From positions 1 to 10,295 of IMG/VR virus record IMGVR_UViG_3300047476_001337: a DNA stretch of 10,295 bases, one strand, 5' to 3'. Origin of the DNA: a virus (taxonomy: Duplodnaviria > Heunggongvirae > Uroviricota > Caudoviricetes). This document shows, one piece after another, positions 1 to 6,947 of the stretch. The notes below the pieces were generated by a model that saw nothing but the letters and a program-made list of their open reading frames with translations, was not told the DNA's origin and ran no database searches. Position 1 is the first letter of the stretch. Every line of letters begins with the position of its first letter. Made by a program: the position numbers and the translations under genes.

Positions 1-99
1 TAACACAACTGTTAAATCAGAAAAGTCTTTATTAAAATTTTTTGTGAAAAAAGTTTTTAATATTTTTGTTAAACCATGTTCTAAATTTTCTTTATTCAT
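1..99 (-). CDS. Partial hypothetical protein (MNKENLEHGLTKILKTFFTKNFNKDFSDLTVVL...), runs off the window start
   Basis: ATG at 99, 2 nt after the stop of the 102-467 ORF; 33 open codons to the edge; operon-like packing. Not in the ORF track. Confidence 0.55.
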   Translation of the reverse strand, partial: MNKENLEHGLTKILKTFFTKNFNKDFSDLTVVL

Positions 100-101
100 A
101 A

Positions 102-467
102 TTAAGCTTCAGTAAATAGATGATGACCATTCTTGTCTACAACAAAAAGAAGTACTTTAAGAAAATGACCTTTACCAACCAATGGTTTTAATATTCTATT
201 TGGAATAATACCGGCTTGCCACCAAGCCAAATCTAAATTATATAATCTCCACAATTTATTTTTTACTTCCCATTCAGAAAAACGTGGTGTGTTATCATTA
301 GTATCAAAAAGTTCCTTATCAGTTGTATTCAAAAACATTTTTATAACTAAAAGTTTGGGATTATCAGGAAAATCAACAACTTCAAATTTTTCAATAATAT
401 CATTTTCTAAAAGATTCAACATCGAATCTCTATTCAATAATTTTTCTATTACTTGTCTAATATCCAT
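102..467 (-). CDS. Hypothetical phage protein, 121 aa; probable diverged paralog of 801-1148
   Basis: ORF track; start abuts the upstream stop (TAAATG); shares LLN..NDII[EQ]K[FY].V..F...L.V[IV]K.FLN with 801-1148. Confidence 0.8.
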   Translation of the reverse strand: MDIRQVIEKLLNRDSMLNLLENDIIEKFEVVDFPDNPKLLVIKMFLNTTDKELFDTNDNTPRFSEWEVKNKLWRLYNLDLAWWQAGIIPNRILKPLVGKGHFLKVLLFVVDKNGHHLFTEA

Positions 468-791
468 TTAGAACTTGTCAATAACTTTTTTGCGGAAACC
501 GAATTCCCAATTTGAACCATAGGTATTGTATTTCAAATTAAAAACTTTATCCGTCTTATCTATTATTTTTCCTTTCAATTCTCTAAGGTCTTGAGTACTC
601 AACTCATCGTCCAAGTTATTAACCAAAACATATATAATAGTTACTTCACCTTTATTTTTACCGTTAACAGGACCTGAGCCATACAACACAGTACGTTTCT
701 CATACCAAACATCATCAACCCTATCAAATGTTGCCATGATAAATTTTTTGATGACATCTTCTTTTTTATTTTCACTAATAACGTATTTCAT
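468..791 (-). CDS. Hypothetical phage protein, 107 aa, MKYVISE-type N-terminus
   Basis: ORF track; tight co-directional packing; N-terminal motif shared with four other ORFs in the window. Confidence 0.85.
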   Translation of the reverse strand: MKYVISENKKEDVIKKFIMATFDRVDDVWYEKRTVLYGSGPVNGKNKGEVTIIYVLVNNLDDELSTQDLRELKGKIIDKTDKVFNLKYNTYGSNWEFGFRKKVIDKF

Positions 792-800
792 ATTTTATAA

Positions 801-1148
801 TTAATAACTTTTTTGTTTAATAATGGGATATTCCATAATTTTATTACCAAGGACATCAATAACAATTAATACTCCCCAAGATATTGAATTTAACAATCCC
901 AATGGTCTAAATATTTTTGTACGAATATCATTACTAACTTTATGAAAGTCAAAATTATTATCGTACAATAATTTTGCACCTTGTTGACCTTCGTAATCAA
1001 CAGTAATATTAAGAAAAACTTTAACAACCAACAATTCAAACTCATTAAAAGATGCCACGGTATATTTTTGAATTATATCATTTGGTGGTATAATTTTAGG
1101 ATTATTTAATAAACCCAAGATGGCTCTATCGGTGCTAGTCATTTCCAT
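801..1148 (-). CDS. Hypothetical phage protein, 115 aa
   Basis: ORF track; TATTTATA motif 8 nt upstream; paralogy to 102-467. Confidence 0.8.
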   Translation of the reverse strand: MEMTSTDRAILGLLNNPKIIPPNDIIQKYTVASFNEFELLVVKVFLNITVDYEGQQGAKLLYDNNFDFHKVSNDIRTKIFRPLGLLNSISWGVLIVIDVLGNKIMEYPIIKQKSY

Positions 1149-1156
1149 GTATTTTT

Positions 1157-1164
1157 TATAAATA
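1157..1164 (-). promoter_or_regulatory. TATTTATA motif, putative phage-type promoter of the leftward operon
   Basis: TATTTAT[A/T] recurs 4-8 nt upstream of ATGs at 1148, 5987, 7061, 8438 and 8848; function inferred. Confidence 0.45.
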
Positions 1165-1165
1165 G

Positions 1166-1197
1166 TTTGTTATGCTCATTTCTTTTTATTACCTTTG
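1166..1197 (+). promoter_or_regulatory. Bacteroidetes primary-sigma promoter (-33 TTTG, -7 TAnnTTTG) driving the array genes
   Basis: TTTG 1166-1169, 20-nt spacer, TACCTTTG 1190-1197, ATG at 1204; matches the established Bacteroides/Flavobacterium consensus. Confidence 0.75.
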
Positions 1198-1203
1198 TTC
1201 CAA

Positions 1204-2139
1204 ATGAAAGATTTACAATCCGTAATAAACAAACTCATTAATAAGTCAGTGGTTGGGTGTGACACCTACACCAATAAAAATAGTCTATGGTTAATATTTA
1301 CCGACAAAAAAGAGTGGGTGATTGAATTAACTAGCTCAGGCTCTTTGTGGTATAATTACTATTTCTTTCAAAAAATATTTAAGGTTCTTAGTCTTGATGT
1401 TATTGAGAATCAACATTATATAACAAAATGGGTTGGTGATACCATTCAAAATGGGGTGAAAAACACCGAGGACATTACCTTTGAGGAAGTTGAAAATGTT
1501 GGTGATACCATTCAAAATGGGGTGAAAAACACCTGCCATCCGCATCACTGGCCAAACTCGGGTGTTGGTGATACCATTCAAAATGGGGTGAAATACACTA
1601 CGGCAGACAACTTCCAACGTTCGTATTGGGTTGATGATACCATTCAAAATGGGGTGAGAGACACCGCTCATCACATTGGTCGCAAATATGCCCCTGTTGA
1701 AAACACCATTCAAAATGGGGTGAGAATCACCAACCGAAAGCGGTGCGCTTTATATCAGACCGTTGAAAACACCATTCAAAATGGGGTGAGAATCACCTCC
1801 GCCGCCATGTTCTTTGGTACAGAACAAGTTGAAGATACCATTCAAAATGGGGTGAAAAGTACCCACACAAGGCAATTACATCAACCGCTGATAGTTGAGG
1901 ATACCATTCAAAATGGGGTTAAATTTGTTTCAAGTTTAAGTTATTACCCATCATCTATGATTGAACATACCATTCAAAATGGGGTCAAAAACACCTTATA
2001 TAAACAAGGGAATTACCGCGGAGTAGTTGAAGAAACTATACAAAATGGGGTAAAATATATTGGGTATATATTTCGTAAAAATATACGAAAAGTTGAAGAA
2101 ACTATACAAAATGGAATTAAAAATAATCAAATAATATAA
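1204..2139 (+). CDS. Array protein 1 (311 aa): ~76-aa N-terminal domain + 11 VEDTIQNGVKxT repeats with unique 10-aa inserts
   Basis: Start moved from 1195 to 1204 (MKDLQ): it aligns with the paralog start MKDLSK, and 1195 lies inside the -7 promoter box. N-domain has 52/76 aa identity to array protein 2 by manual alignment. Confidence 0.85.
   Translation: MKDLQSVINKLINKSVVGCDTYTNKNSLWLIFTDKKEWVIELTSSGSLWYNYYFFQKIFKVLSLDVIENQHYITKWVGDTIQNGVKNTEDITFEEVENVGDTIQNGVKNTCHPHHWPNSGVGDTIQNGVKYTTADNFQRSYWVDDTIQNGVRDTAHHIGRKYAPVENTIQNGVRITNRKRCALYQTVENTIQNGVRITSAAMFFGTEQVEDTIQNGVKSTHTRQLHQPLIVEDTIQNGVKFVSSLSYYPSSMIEHTIQNGVKNTLYKQGNYRGVVEETIQNGVKYIGYIFRKNIRKVEETIQNGIKNNQII
1432..2127 (+). repeat. CRISPR-like array 1, in frame inside a CDS: 11 x 36-nt repeats, 10 unique 30-nt spacers
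   Basis: Repeats start at 1432, 1498, 1564, 1630, 1696, 1762, 1828, 1894, 1960, 2026, 2092, an invariant 66-nt period. Spacers are unrelated to each other. Internal CCATT-caa-AATGG palindrome. Confidence 0.95.
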
Positions 2140-2145
2140 AACAAA

Positions 2146-4581
2146 ATGAAAGATTTAAGTAAACTAATTAACAAGATGATTGACAAGGCTATTATAGGTT
2201 GTGATAAATATGTTCACAATAATAGTACTTGGTTAATTTTTACTGACGATAAAAAATGGGTTATTGAATTAACTAAGGATGGTACTTTGTGGTATAATTA
2301 CAATTTTTTCAAAAATTTATTAAAAGTTCTTTCTTTGGATGTTGTTGAAAATCAACACTATATTACCAAATGGGTTGAAGATACCATTATAAATGGAGTG
2401 AAAGAAACTATTACCTCTGAAAATCGTAGTAGATTAACCGCAGAAAATATTATTGAAAATGGGGTGAAAAACACCGAAACCACTAAAGCCACTTACAATA
2501 CATTGGTTGAACATACCATTAAAAATGGGGTGAAACACACCGAGGATTCGAAAAGTCTGAACTCTCAGGAAAGGGTTGAACATACCATTGAAAATGGGGT
2601 GAAAGAAACTCTTCATTATGACCACCATTGTCTAAGGGAAGTTGTTGGTACAATTCAAAATGGGGTGAAACACACCCGAAGAAACGGGGATTCTATGAAT
2701 ACCGATGCTGAAGACGCCATTATAAATGGGGTAAAGGAATCAAAACCATCTAATGCTGCTTCTTGGACTGAAGTTGAAGATACCATTCAAAATGGGGTGA
2801 GAGACACTGGAACGTACTACGTGGAACAGGTCGTTGAGATTGAAGATACCATTCAAAATGGGGTGAAACACACCTCTGGGGGTAGAAATTATGGTCCGTA
2901 TAGAGTTGAAGACACCATTCAAAATGGGGTGAAAGAAACCGAATGGATAAACAATAGTTTGCTCCCTGCGGTTGAAGATACCATTGAAAATGGGGTTAAA
3001 GAAACTGAATTACACAAAGGGGTTAGACCATCTGCGGTTGAAGATACAATTCAAAATGGGGTTAAACACACTAATAACAGGCTTAATCGTGATATAAGAG
3101 TCGTTGAAGATACTCTTGAAAATGGGGTGAAATGTACTCAATCAAAATCAGGTTACTGGGGGAGAAATAATGAAGACACCATTAAAAATGGGGTAAGACA
3201 TACAATGTGGAGTAATGATGATGACGATGTTGAAGACGCCATTGGAAATGGGGTGAAAGAAATTCATTGGGTTAAATATAGTAATTTAAGGTCTGTTGAA
3301 GACACCATTCAAAATGGGGTGAAGTACACCTGTCAAACAATGAATCCAAAATGGAAGTATGTTGAAGATACCATTCAAACTGGAGTGAAGTACACAAGTT
3401 GGCACGAACCGATACTTTTAGGTACAAAGGTTGAAGACGCCATTCAAAATGGGGTGAAAGAAACTCACCGAGATGCTGAGCGACACCCAAAGACTGTTGA
3501 AGACGCCATTGAAAATGGGGTAAAAGAAACCAAGAAAGGTGGTTTTAATCAACATTATAATATGTTTAGGACCATTGAAAATGGGGTAAAAGAAACCAAA
3601 AAATTAGAACACGATAGAACCACTTATCATGCTCATTTTAGTCAAGAACATGGAACGCACACACCGTTAGACATGGTTCAAGATGTGGTTCAAAATGGAA
3701 TCAAGGAAACCAAAACACCCGGTGCAGATGGTGATATTTTATCAACGTTAGAATGGATAAAAGAAAATAACACCGTGAATATCCCTAAACTAATTGATGA
3801 TGTTATTGAGAATGGAGTTAAACATACTGAGGCAGGTTGGGCTCAATACAATTCAGTTGATGATGTGATTGAACGTGGAATAAAACGCACAGAAGGTGGT
3901 ATTTTATTTGATGAAACTAAAGTTGATAGGATTATTTCTGAAGGTGTTAAAGAAACTAAAGCTGGTGGATATTTGAGTTCAATAGAAATGAAAGGTAAAA
4001 TGGTTCATCAACTTGAATCTCCAAAACAAAATAATGAGGTTGATGACGTAATTGAACACGGTGTAAAACTAACCAACAGCTCATTACAAATTGATGGTTC
4101 TTGTGTTGTAGAAGATGTTATTCAAAATGGAATTAAAGAAACATCTTCAACAACTTTAGAACCAACCAAAGCAATTGAATATATTATTCAAAATGGAATT
4201 AAAGAAACCCATGATGATGTTTATCACAATAAAGGTAGAGTTGATGGCGTAATTAAAAATGGCGTCAAAGAAGTAAAACCATCATACCGAATAATTATTA
4301 ACCCAATGAATTTTGAATCTGAAATAATTGAAGATACAAGACTCCTCGATATTACAGATGTAATTTGTGATGGAGTAAAAGAAATTCAACCATTACCTGC
4401 ACAAGATGGTAATAGAGATTGGGGTAATTACTATTATAGAAAAGGAGAACCTACAAAACCACATACCAAATATGTGGATGAGGTTATTGAGAATGGTATT
4501 AAAGAAACAAAACCAATTGATTATTCAGACAATACTGAATTTATTGTGGATGGTGTTATAAGTAGAGGAATTAGTATTTAA
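2146..4581 (+). CDS. Array protein 2 (811 aa): same N-terminal domain + 30 repeat units
   Basis: ORF track; 6 nt after the stop of gene 1; paralogous N-terminus; synonymous variation within repeats. Confidence 0.9.
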   Translation: MKDLSKLINKMIDKAIIGCDKYVHNNSTWLIFTDDKKWVIELTKDGTLWYNYNFFKNLLKVLSLDVVENQHYITKWVEDTIINGVKETITSENRSRLTAENIIENGVKNTETTKATYNTLVEHTIKNGVKHTEDSKSLNSQERVEHTIENGVKETLHYDHHCLREVVGTIQNGVKHTRRNGDSMNTDAEDAIINGVKESKPSNAASWTEVEDTIQNGVRDTGTYYVEQVVEIEDTIQNGVKHTSGGRNYGPYRVEDTIQNGVKETEWINNSLLPAVEDTIENGVKETELHKGVRPSAVEDTIQNGVKHTNNRLNRDIRVVEDTLENGVKCTQSKSGYWGRNNEDTIKNGVRHTMWSNDDDDVEDAIGNGVKEIHWVKYSNLRSVEDTIQNGVKYTCQTMNPKWKYVEDTIQTGVKYTSWHEPILLGTKVEDAIQNGVKETHRDAERHPKTVEDAIENGVKETKKGGFNQHYNMFRTIENGVKETKKLEHDRTTYHAHFSQEHGTHTPLDMVQDVVQNGIKETKTPGADGDILSTLEWIKENNTVNIPKLIDDVIENGVKHTEAGWAQYNSVDDVIERGIKRTEGGILFDETKVDRIISEGVKETKAGGYLSSIEMKGKMVHQLESPKQNNEVDDVIEHGVKLTNSSLQIDGSCVVEDVIQNGIKETSSTTLEPTKAIEYIIQNGIKETHDDVYHNKGRVDGVIKNGVKEVKPSYRIIINPMNFESEIIEDTRLLDITDVICDGVKEIQPLPAQDGNRDWGNYYYRKGEPTKPHTKYVDEVIENGIKETKPIDYSDNTEFIVDGVISRGISI
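2374..3597 (+). repeat. CRISPR-like array 2, regular part: 19 x 36-nt repeats; spacers 15 x 30 nt, 2 x 33 nt, 1 x 24 nt
   Basis: Repeats at 2374, 2440, 2506, 2575, 2641, 2707, 2773, 2839, 2905, 2971, 3037, 3103, 3169, 3229, 3295, 3361, 3430, 3496, 3562; all spacings are multiples of 3. Confidence 0.95.
3676..4581 (+). repeat. Degenerate distal part of array 2: 11 repeats recognisable mainly at protein level ([VI][DE]xV I[EQ]NG[IV]KET)
   Basis: Units at 3676, 3793, 3856, 3922, 4039, 4108, 4174, 4240, 4351, 4474, 4546; spacers of 9-29 codons. Confidence 0.85.
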
Positions 4582-4906
4582 TAAAACTTCTACGTAACCA
4601 ATAATACATATCTTTATCCCAAGCCTTATCAAAATCAATTTTAGATAATATCCACAACAATAACTCTTCTCTTGATACTCCACAGTATTTGTATAACGCA
4701 AATAATGCATTATAGACAGTTTCAGTTAACATACCTAAATTATCGTATACTGGAATGTGATATGTGTCCCATCCATTAACGTACATTATGGGATGTAAAA
4801 ATTCAATTTCAATTTTAATACAAAACTGATAGGTTCCTGAAACCGTATGGTTCATATAGTAAACTCTTACCACTTTTACCATTTTATCAATAATATTTGG
4901 TTCCAT
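4571..4906 (-). CDS. Hypothetical protein, 111 aa
   Basis: ORF track; promoter motif immediately upstream; convergent 11-nt overlap with array gene 2. Confidence 0.75.
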   Translation of the reverse strand: MEPNIIDKMVKVVRVYYMNHTVSGTYQFCIKIEIEFLHPIMYVNGWDTYHIPVYDNLGMLTETVYNALFALYKYCGVSREELLLWILSKIDFDKAWDKDMYYWLRRSFIKY

Positions 4907-4910
4907 ACAA

Positions 4911-4941
4911 CAAAGATAATATAATTTACGTATATTTACAA
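4911..4941 (-). promoter_or_regulatory. Bacteroidetes-type promoter TTG-N20-TATCTTTG
   Basis: - strand TTG (4941-4939), 20 nt, TATCTTTG (4918-4911), ATG 4 nt later. Confidence 0.6.
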
Positions 4942-4944
4942 TAT

Positions 4945-5190
4945 ATGACAGAAGCTGTTCAAAATGTACTAAACATGGTGGTTAAACCAAAATATCCATT
5001 AGTGGGTGAGATAATAGTACGTGAAGACAATGAATTCGATATCACCACTTACATGATTTACATTATGTCAGATAAGTATGAAGCTATTAAATATCAAAAT
5101 GAAATAGTTAAAGATATTGAAAATGTCTGTAAAAGTATGGGAATAAAAAGAAGAGAAATTGAAAATATTAAATTTGCCTCATATGGTTAA
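4945..5190 (+). CDS. Hypothetical phage protein, ~81 aa (MTEAVQNVLNMVVKPKYP...)
   Basis: ORF track 4897-5190; internal ATG at 4945 preferred because 4897 overlaps the divergent gene and its promoter. Confidence 0.7.
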   Translation: MTEAVQNVLNMVVKPKYPLVGEIIVREDNEFDITTYMIYIMSDKYEAIKYQNEIVKDIENVCKSMGIKRREIENIKFASYG

Positions 5191-5987
5191 ACAAACTGAA
5201 GGTCAACAGACTCTTTATTATAACCATATTTTTCAAACAAATCTTCAACAAATTTTTCAAAACTATTTCTATTTTCACCATAACGAAGTCCACGACTTCT
5301 TGGTTGTACAATAGAAATTCTTAGCATGGTGCTATCAACTTTAACTGACATACGTTGAATGTATTTACCAAAAATAGAATCTTTTATTTCTTTTTTGATT
5401 TTCTTATTCATTACTTTTGTAATCCATTCATCAACACCCTTAATTGAGGTACCATAATTATTTATCTGTAATTTACCATGAGCTGGAGAACCAAACTCAA
5501 CACCAAGTAATTTCATAAGTTCCGTTCTTAATTTACCAACAACATTGTTAGCTTCTACTTTATCTTTAGTTGGTAATTTCAACCAATCTTCAATATCAAT
5601 CCAAACATTAACATGAATTTCATTTGGTCTTTCTTCTGACATTTCAATATTGTATTTTGGATTTATCGTTAGTTTTGAAATAATCCTTGATAATAGTTTC
5701 TCATATTTTTCAGTAAACTTTTCTTCAGGTCTGAAAGTTTCAAACTCAATGGCACCTTTATTAATAAGTTGTTTGACTAAACTTGATATCGGTCTCGATG
5801 TATATTTTTCAACTACCAAATTATATTTTTCAACAATTTCATCTCTAAGAACTTTATCCAAATAACTAATTGGAGCTTTAGATGAAAAATTCTTACCCGT
5901 TTCTTTAGCATAAAATCTTAAAAATTGATACCAATAATCTTCTAAATCATTTTGGGTTAAATGAGATATGTCAAATTCGTTAGCCAT
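5187..5987 (-). CDS. Hypothetical phage protein, ~266 aa (MANEFDIS...)
   Basis: ORF track 5187-6005; start at 5987 preferred, with TATTTATT 4 nt upstream; no family recognised. Confidence 0.8.
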   Translation of the reverse strand: MANEFDISHLTQNDLEDYWYQFLRFYAKETGKNFSSKAPISYLDKVLRDEIVEKYNLVVEKYTSRPISSLVKQLINKGAIEFETFRPEEKFTEKYEKLLSRIISKLTINPKYNIEMSEERPNEIHVNVWIDIEDWLKLPTKDKVEANNVVGKLRTELMKLLGVEFGSPAHGKLQINNYGTSIKGVDEWITKVMNKKIKKEIKDSIFGKYIQRMSVKVDSTMLRISIVQPRSRGLRYGENRNSFEKFVEDLFEKYGYNKESVDLQFV

Positions 5988-6010
5988 TAGTAATAAATAC
6001 TCCAATAAAC

Positions 6011-6039
6011 AAAAAACCCCACCTTGTGGATGGGGTTTT
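6011..6039 (-). terminator. Intrinsic terminator downstream of yceI
   Basis: - strand AAAACCCCATCC-ACAA-GGTGGGG-TTTTTT: GC-rich stem followed by a U tract. Confidence 0.75.
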
Positions 6040-6059
6040 AATTTTTAAGATTTTTTTGA

Positions 6060-6569
6060 TTATTCAGCCACTTCTACTGCCTGAATATCAATAGTAAGAG
6101 CAACCTCTTCACTAACCAATACACCACCAGCTTCCAAAGCCGCATTCCAAGTCAAACCAAAATCATTACGATTTATTTTTCCTGAAATTTCAAAACCATG
6201 TTTCACATTACCCCAAGGGTCAACACCTTTACCATTGTAATCCAACCCAAGTGTTACTTCTTTGGTTACACCTTTGATTGTCAATTCACCTGTAATTGTT
6301 CTATTGTGAACATTTACGCCAGTTGCAACAAAATCAATTGATGGGAAATTTCTCACTTGGAAGAATTCAGAACTTTTAAGGTGCTCATCACGTCCTTCAT
6401 CATTTGTGTTGATGGTAGATGCGTCAATGGTTACAGATATGTTCATGTTGTCCAATTCTCCTTCTGCAGAACCCATTACGGTACCAAAAGAACCTCTAAC
6501 GGTTGAAATCATTAAGTGTTTTACTTTGAATCCCACTTCTGAGTGAGATGCATCAATATTCATTTTCAT
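6060..6569 (-). CDS. yceI: YceI family polyisoprenoid/lipid-binding protein, 169 aa
   Basis: Characteristic motifs IDxxHSEVGFKVKHLMISTVRGSF, SINTNDEGRDEHLKSSEFF, GELTIKGVTK, DPWG, GKINRxDFGLTWN, GGVLVSEEV. Confidence 0.93.
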   Translation of the reverse strand: MKMNIDASHSEVGFKVKHLMISTVRGSFGTVMGSAEGELDNMNISVTIDASTINTNDEGRDEHLKSSEFFQVRNFPSIDFVATGVNVHNRTITGELTIKGVTKEVTLGLDYNGKGVDPWGNVKHGFEISGKINRNDFGLTWNAALEAGGVLVSEEVALTIDIQAVEVAE

Positions 6570-6617
6570 ATGTTAAAATCTAATAAATTAAAATTGGATA
6601 ATCAATTAATTTATTGA

Positions 6618-6884
6618 TTATTCTTCAGGGCTAATGTATTGTGCATTTTCAAATGAATTGGTAGATATAAATTCATGGGTCAAGTAATCAATAACTGATT
6701 TCATGGCAGCACCTTGATTTTCAGGACTTTTTTCGGCTTTAATATTTAGAGCAATTCCACCAGCCAATATTGCTCTCATCATCGTTGGAGTAATTTCTTT
6801 AGAAGTTGATAATTGAAAGTTAAACCTACCTTCAGTGTATGTCATATCAACTCTAACGCTTAATGTTTCATTTTCCTGTATCAT
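6618..6884 (-). CDS. Hypothetical protein, ~88 aa (MIQENETL...)
   Basis: ORF track 6618-6944; the 5' extension runs through a terminator and AT-rich promoter-like DNA, so ATG 6884 is preferred. Confidence 0.75.
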   Translation of the reverse strand: MIQENETLSVRVDMTYTEGRFNFQLSTSKEITPTMMRAILAGGIALNIKAEKSPENQGAAMKSVIDYLTHEFISTNSFENAQYISPEE

Positions 6885-6913
6885 AATAAAAATATACAAA
6901 AAAGTTTTCAAAT

Positions 6914-6941
6914 AAAAAACCCCCATCTTAAAGTGGGGGTT
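6914..6941 (-). terminator. Intrinsic terminator
   Basis: - strand AACCCCCA-CTTTAAGA-TGGGGGTT-TTTT, 6 nt after the stop of the 6948-7061 ORF. Confidence 0.75.
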
Positions 6942-6947
6942 CAAAAA

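Noticed and set aside
1336-3490. Minus-strand ORFs 1336-1713, 2434-2628, 2740-2922, 3272-3490 with FHPILNG repeats
   Set aside because: Antisense shadows of the repeat; they are broken by stops in several spacers, unlike the + frame, and have no promoter or start context.
1432-3597. Calling this a canonical CRISPR-Cas locus
   Set aside because: No cas genes or AT-rich non-coding leader in the window (the upstream DNA is a conserved coding domain); the repeats vary at synonymous sites and the frame is preserved. Reported as CRISPR-like only.
1204-4581. Diversity-generating retroelement as the source of variability
   Set aside because: No RT/avd gene and no TR/VR pair in the window; spacers differ at all base types rather than only at template adenines.
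6599-6620. Inverted repeat TAATCAAT-N6-ATTGATTA upstream of yceI (possible operator)
   Set aside because: Almost purely A/T in an AT-rich spacer and found only once; chance is likely.
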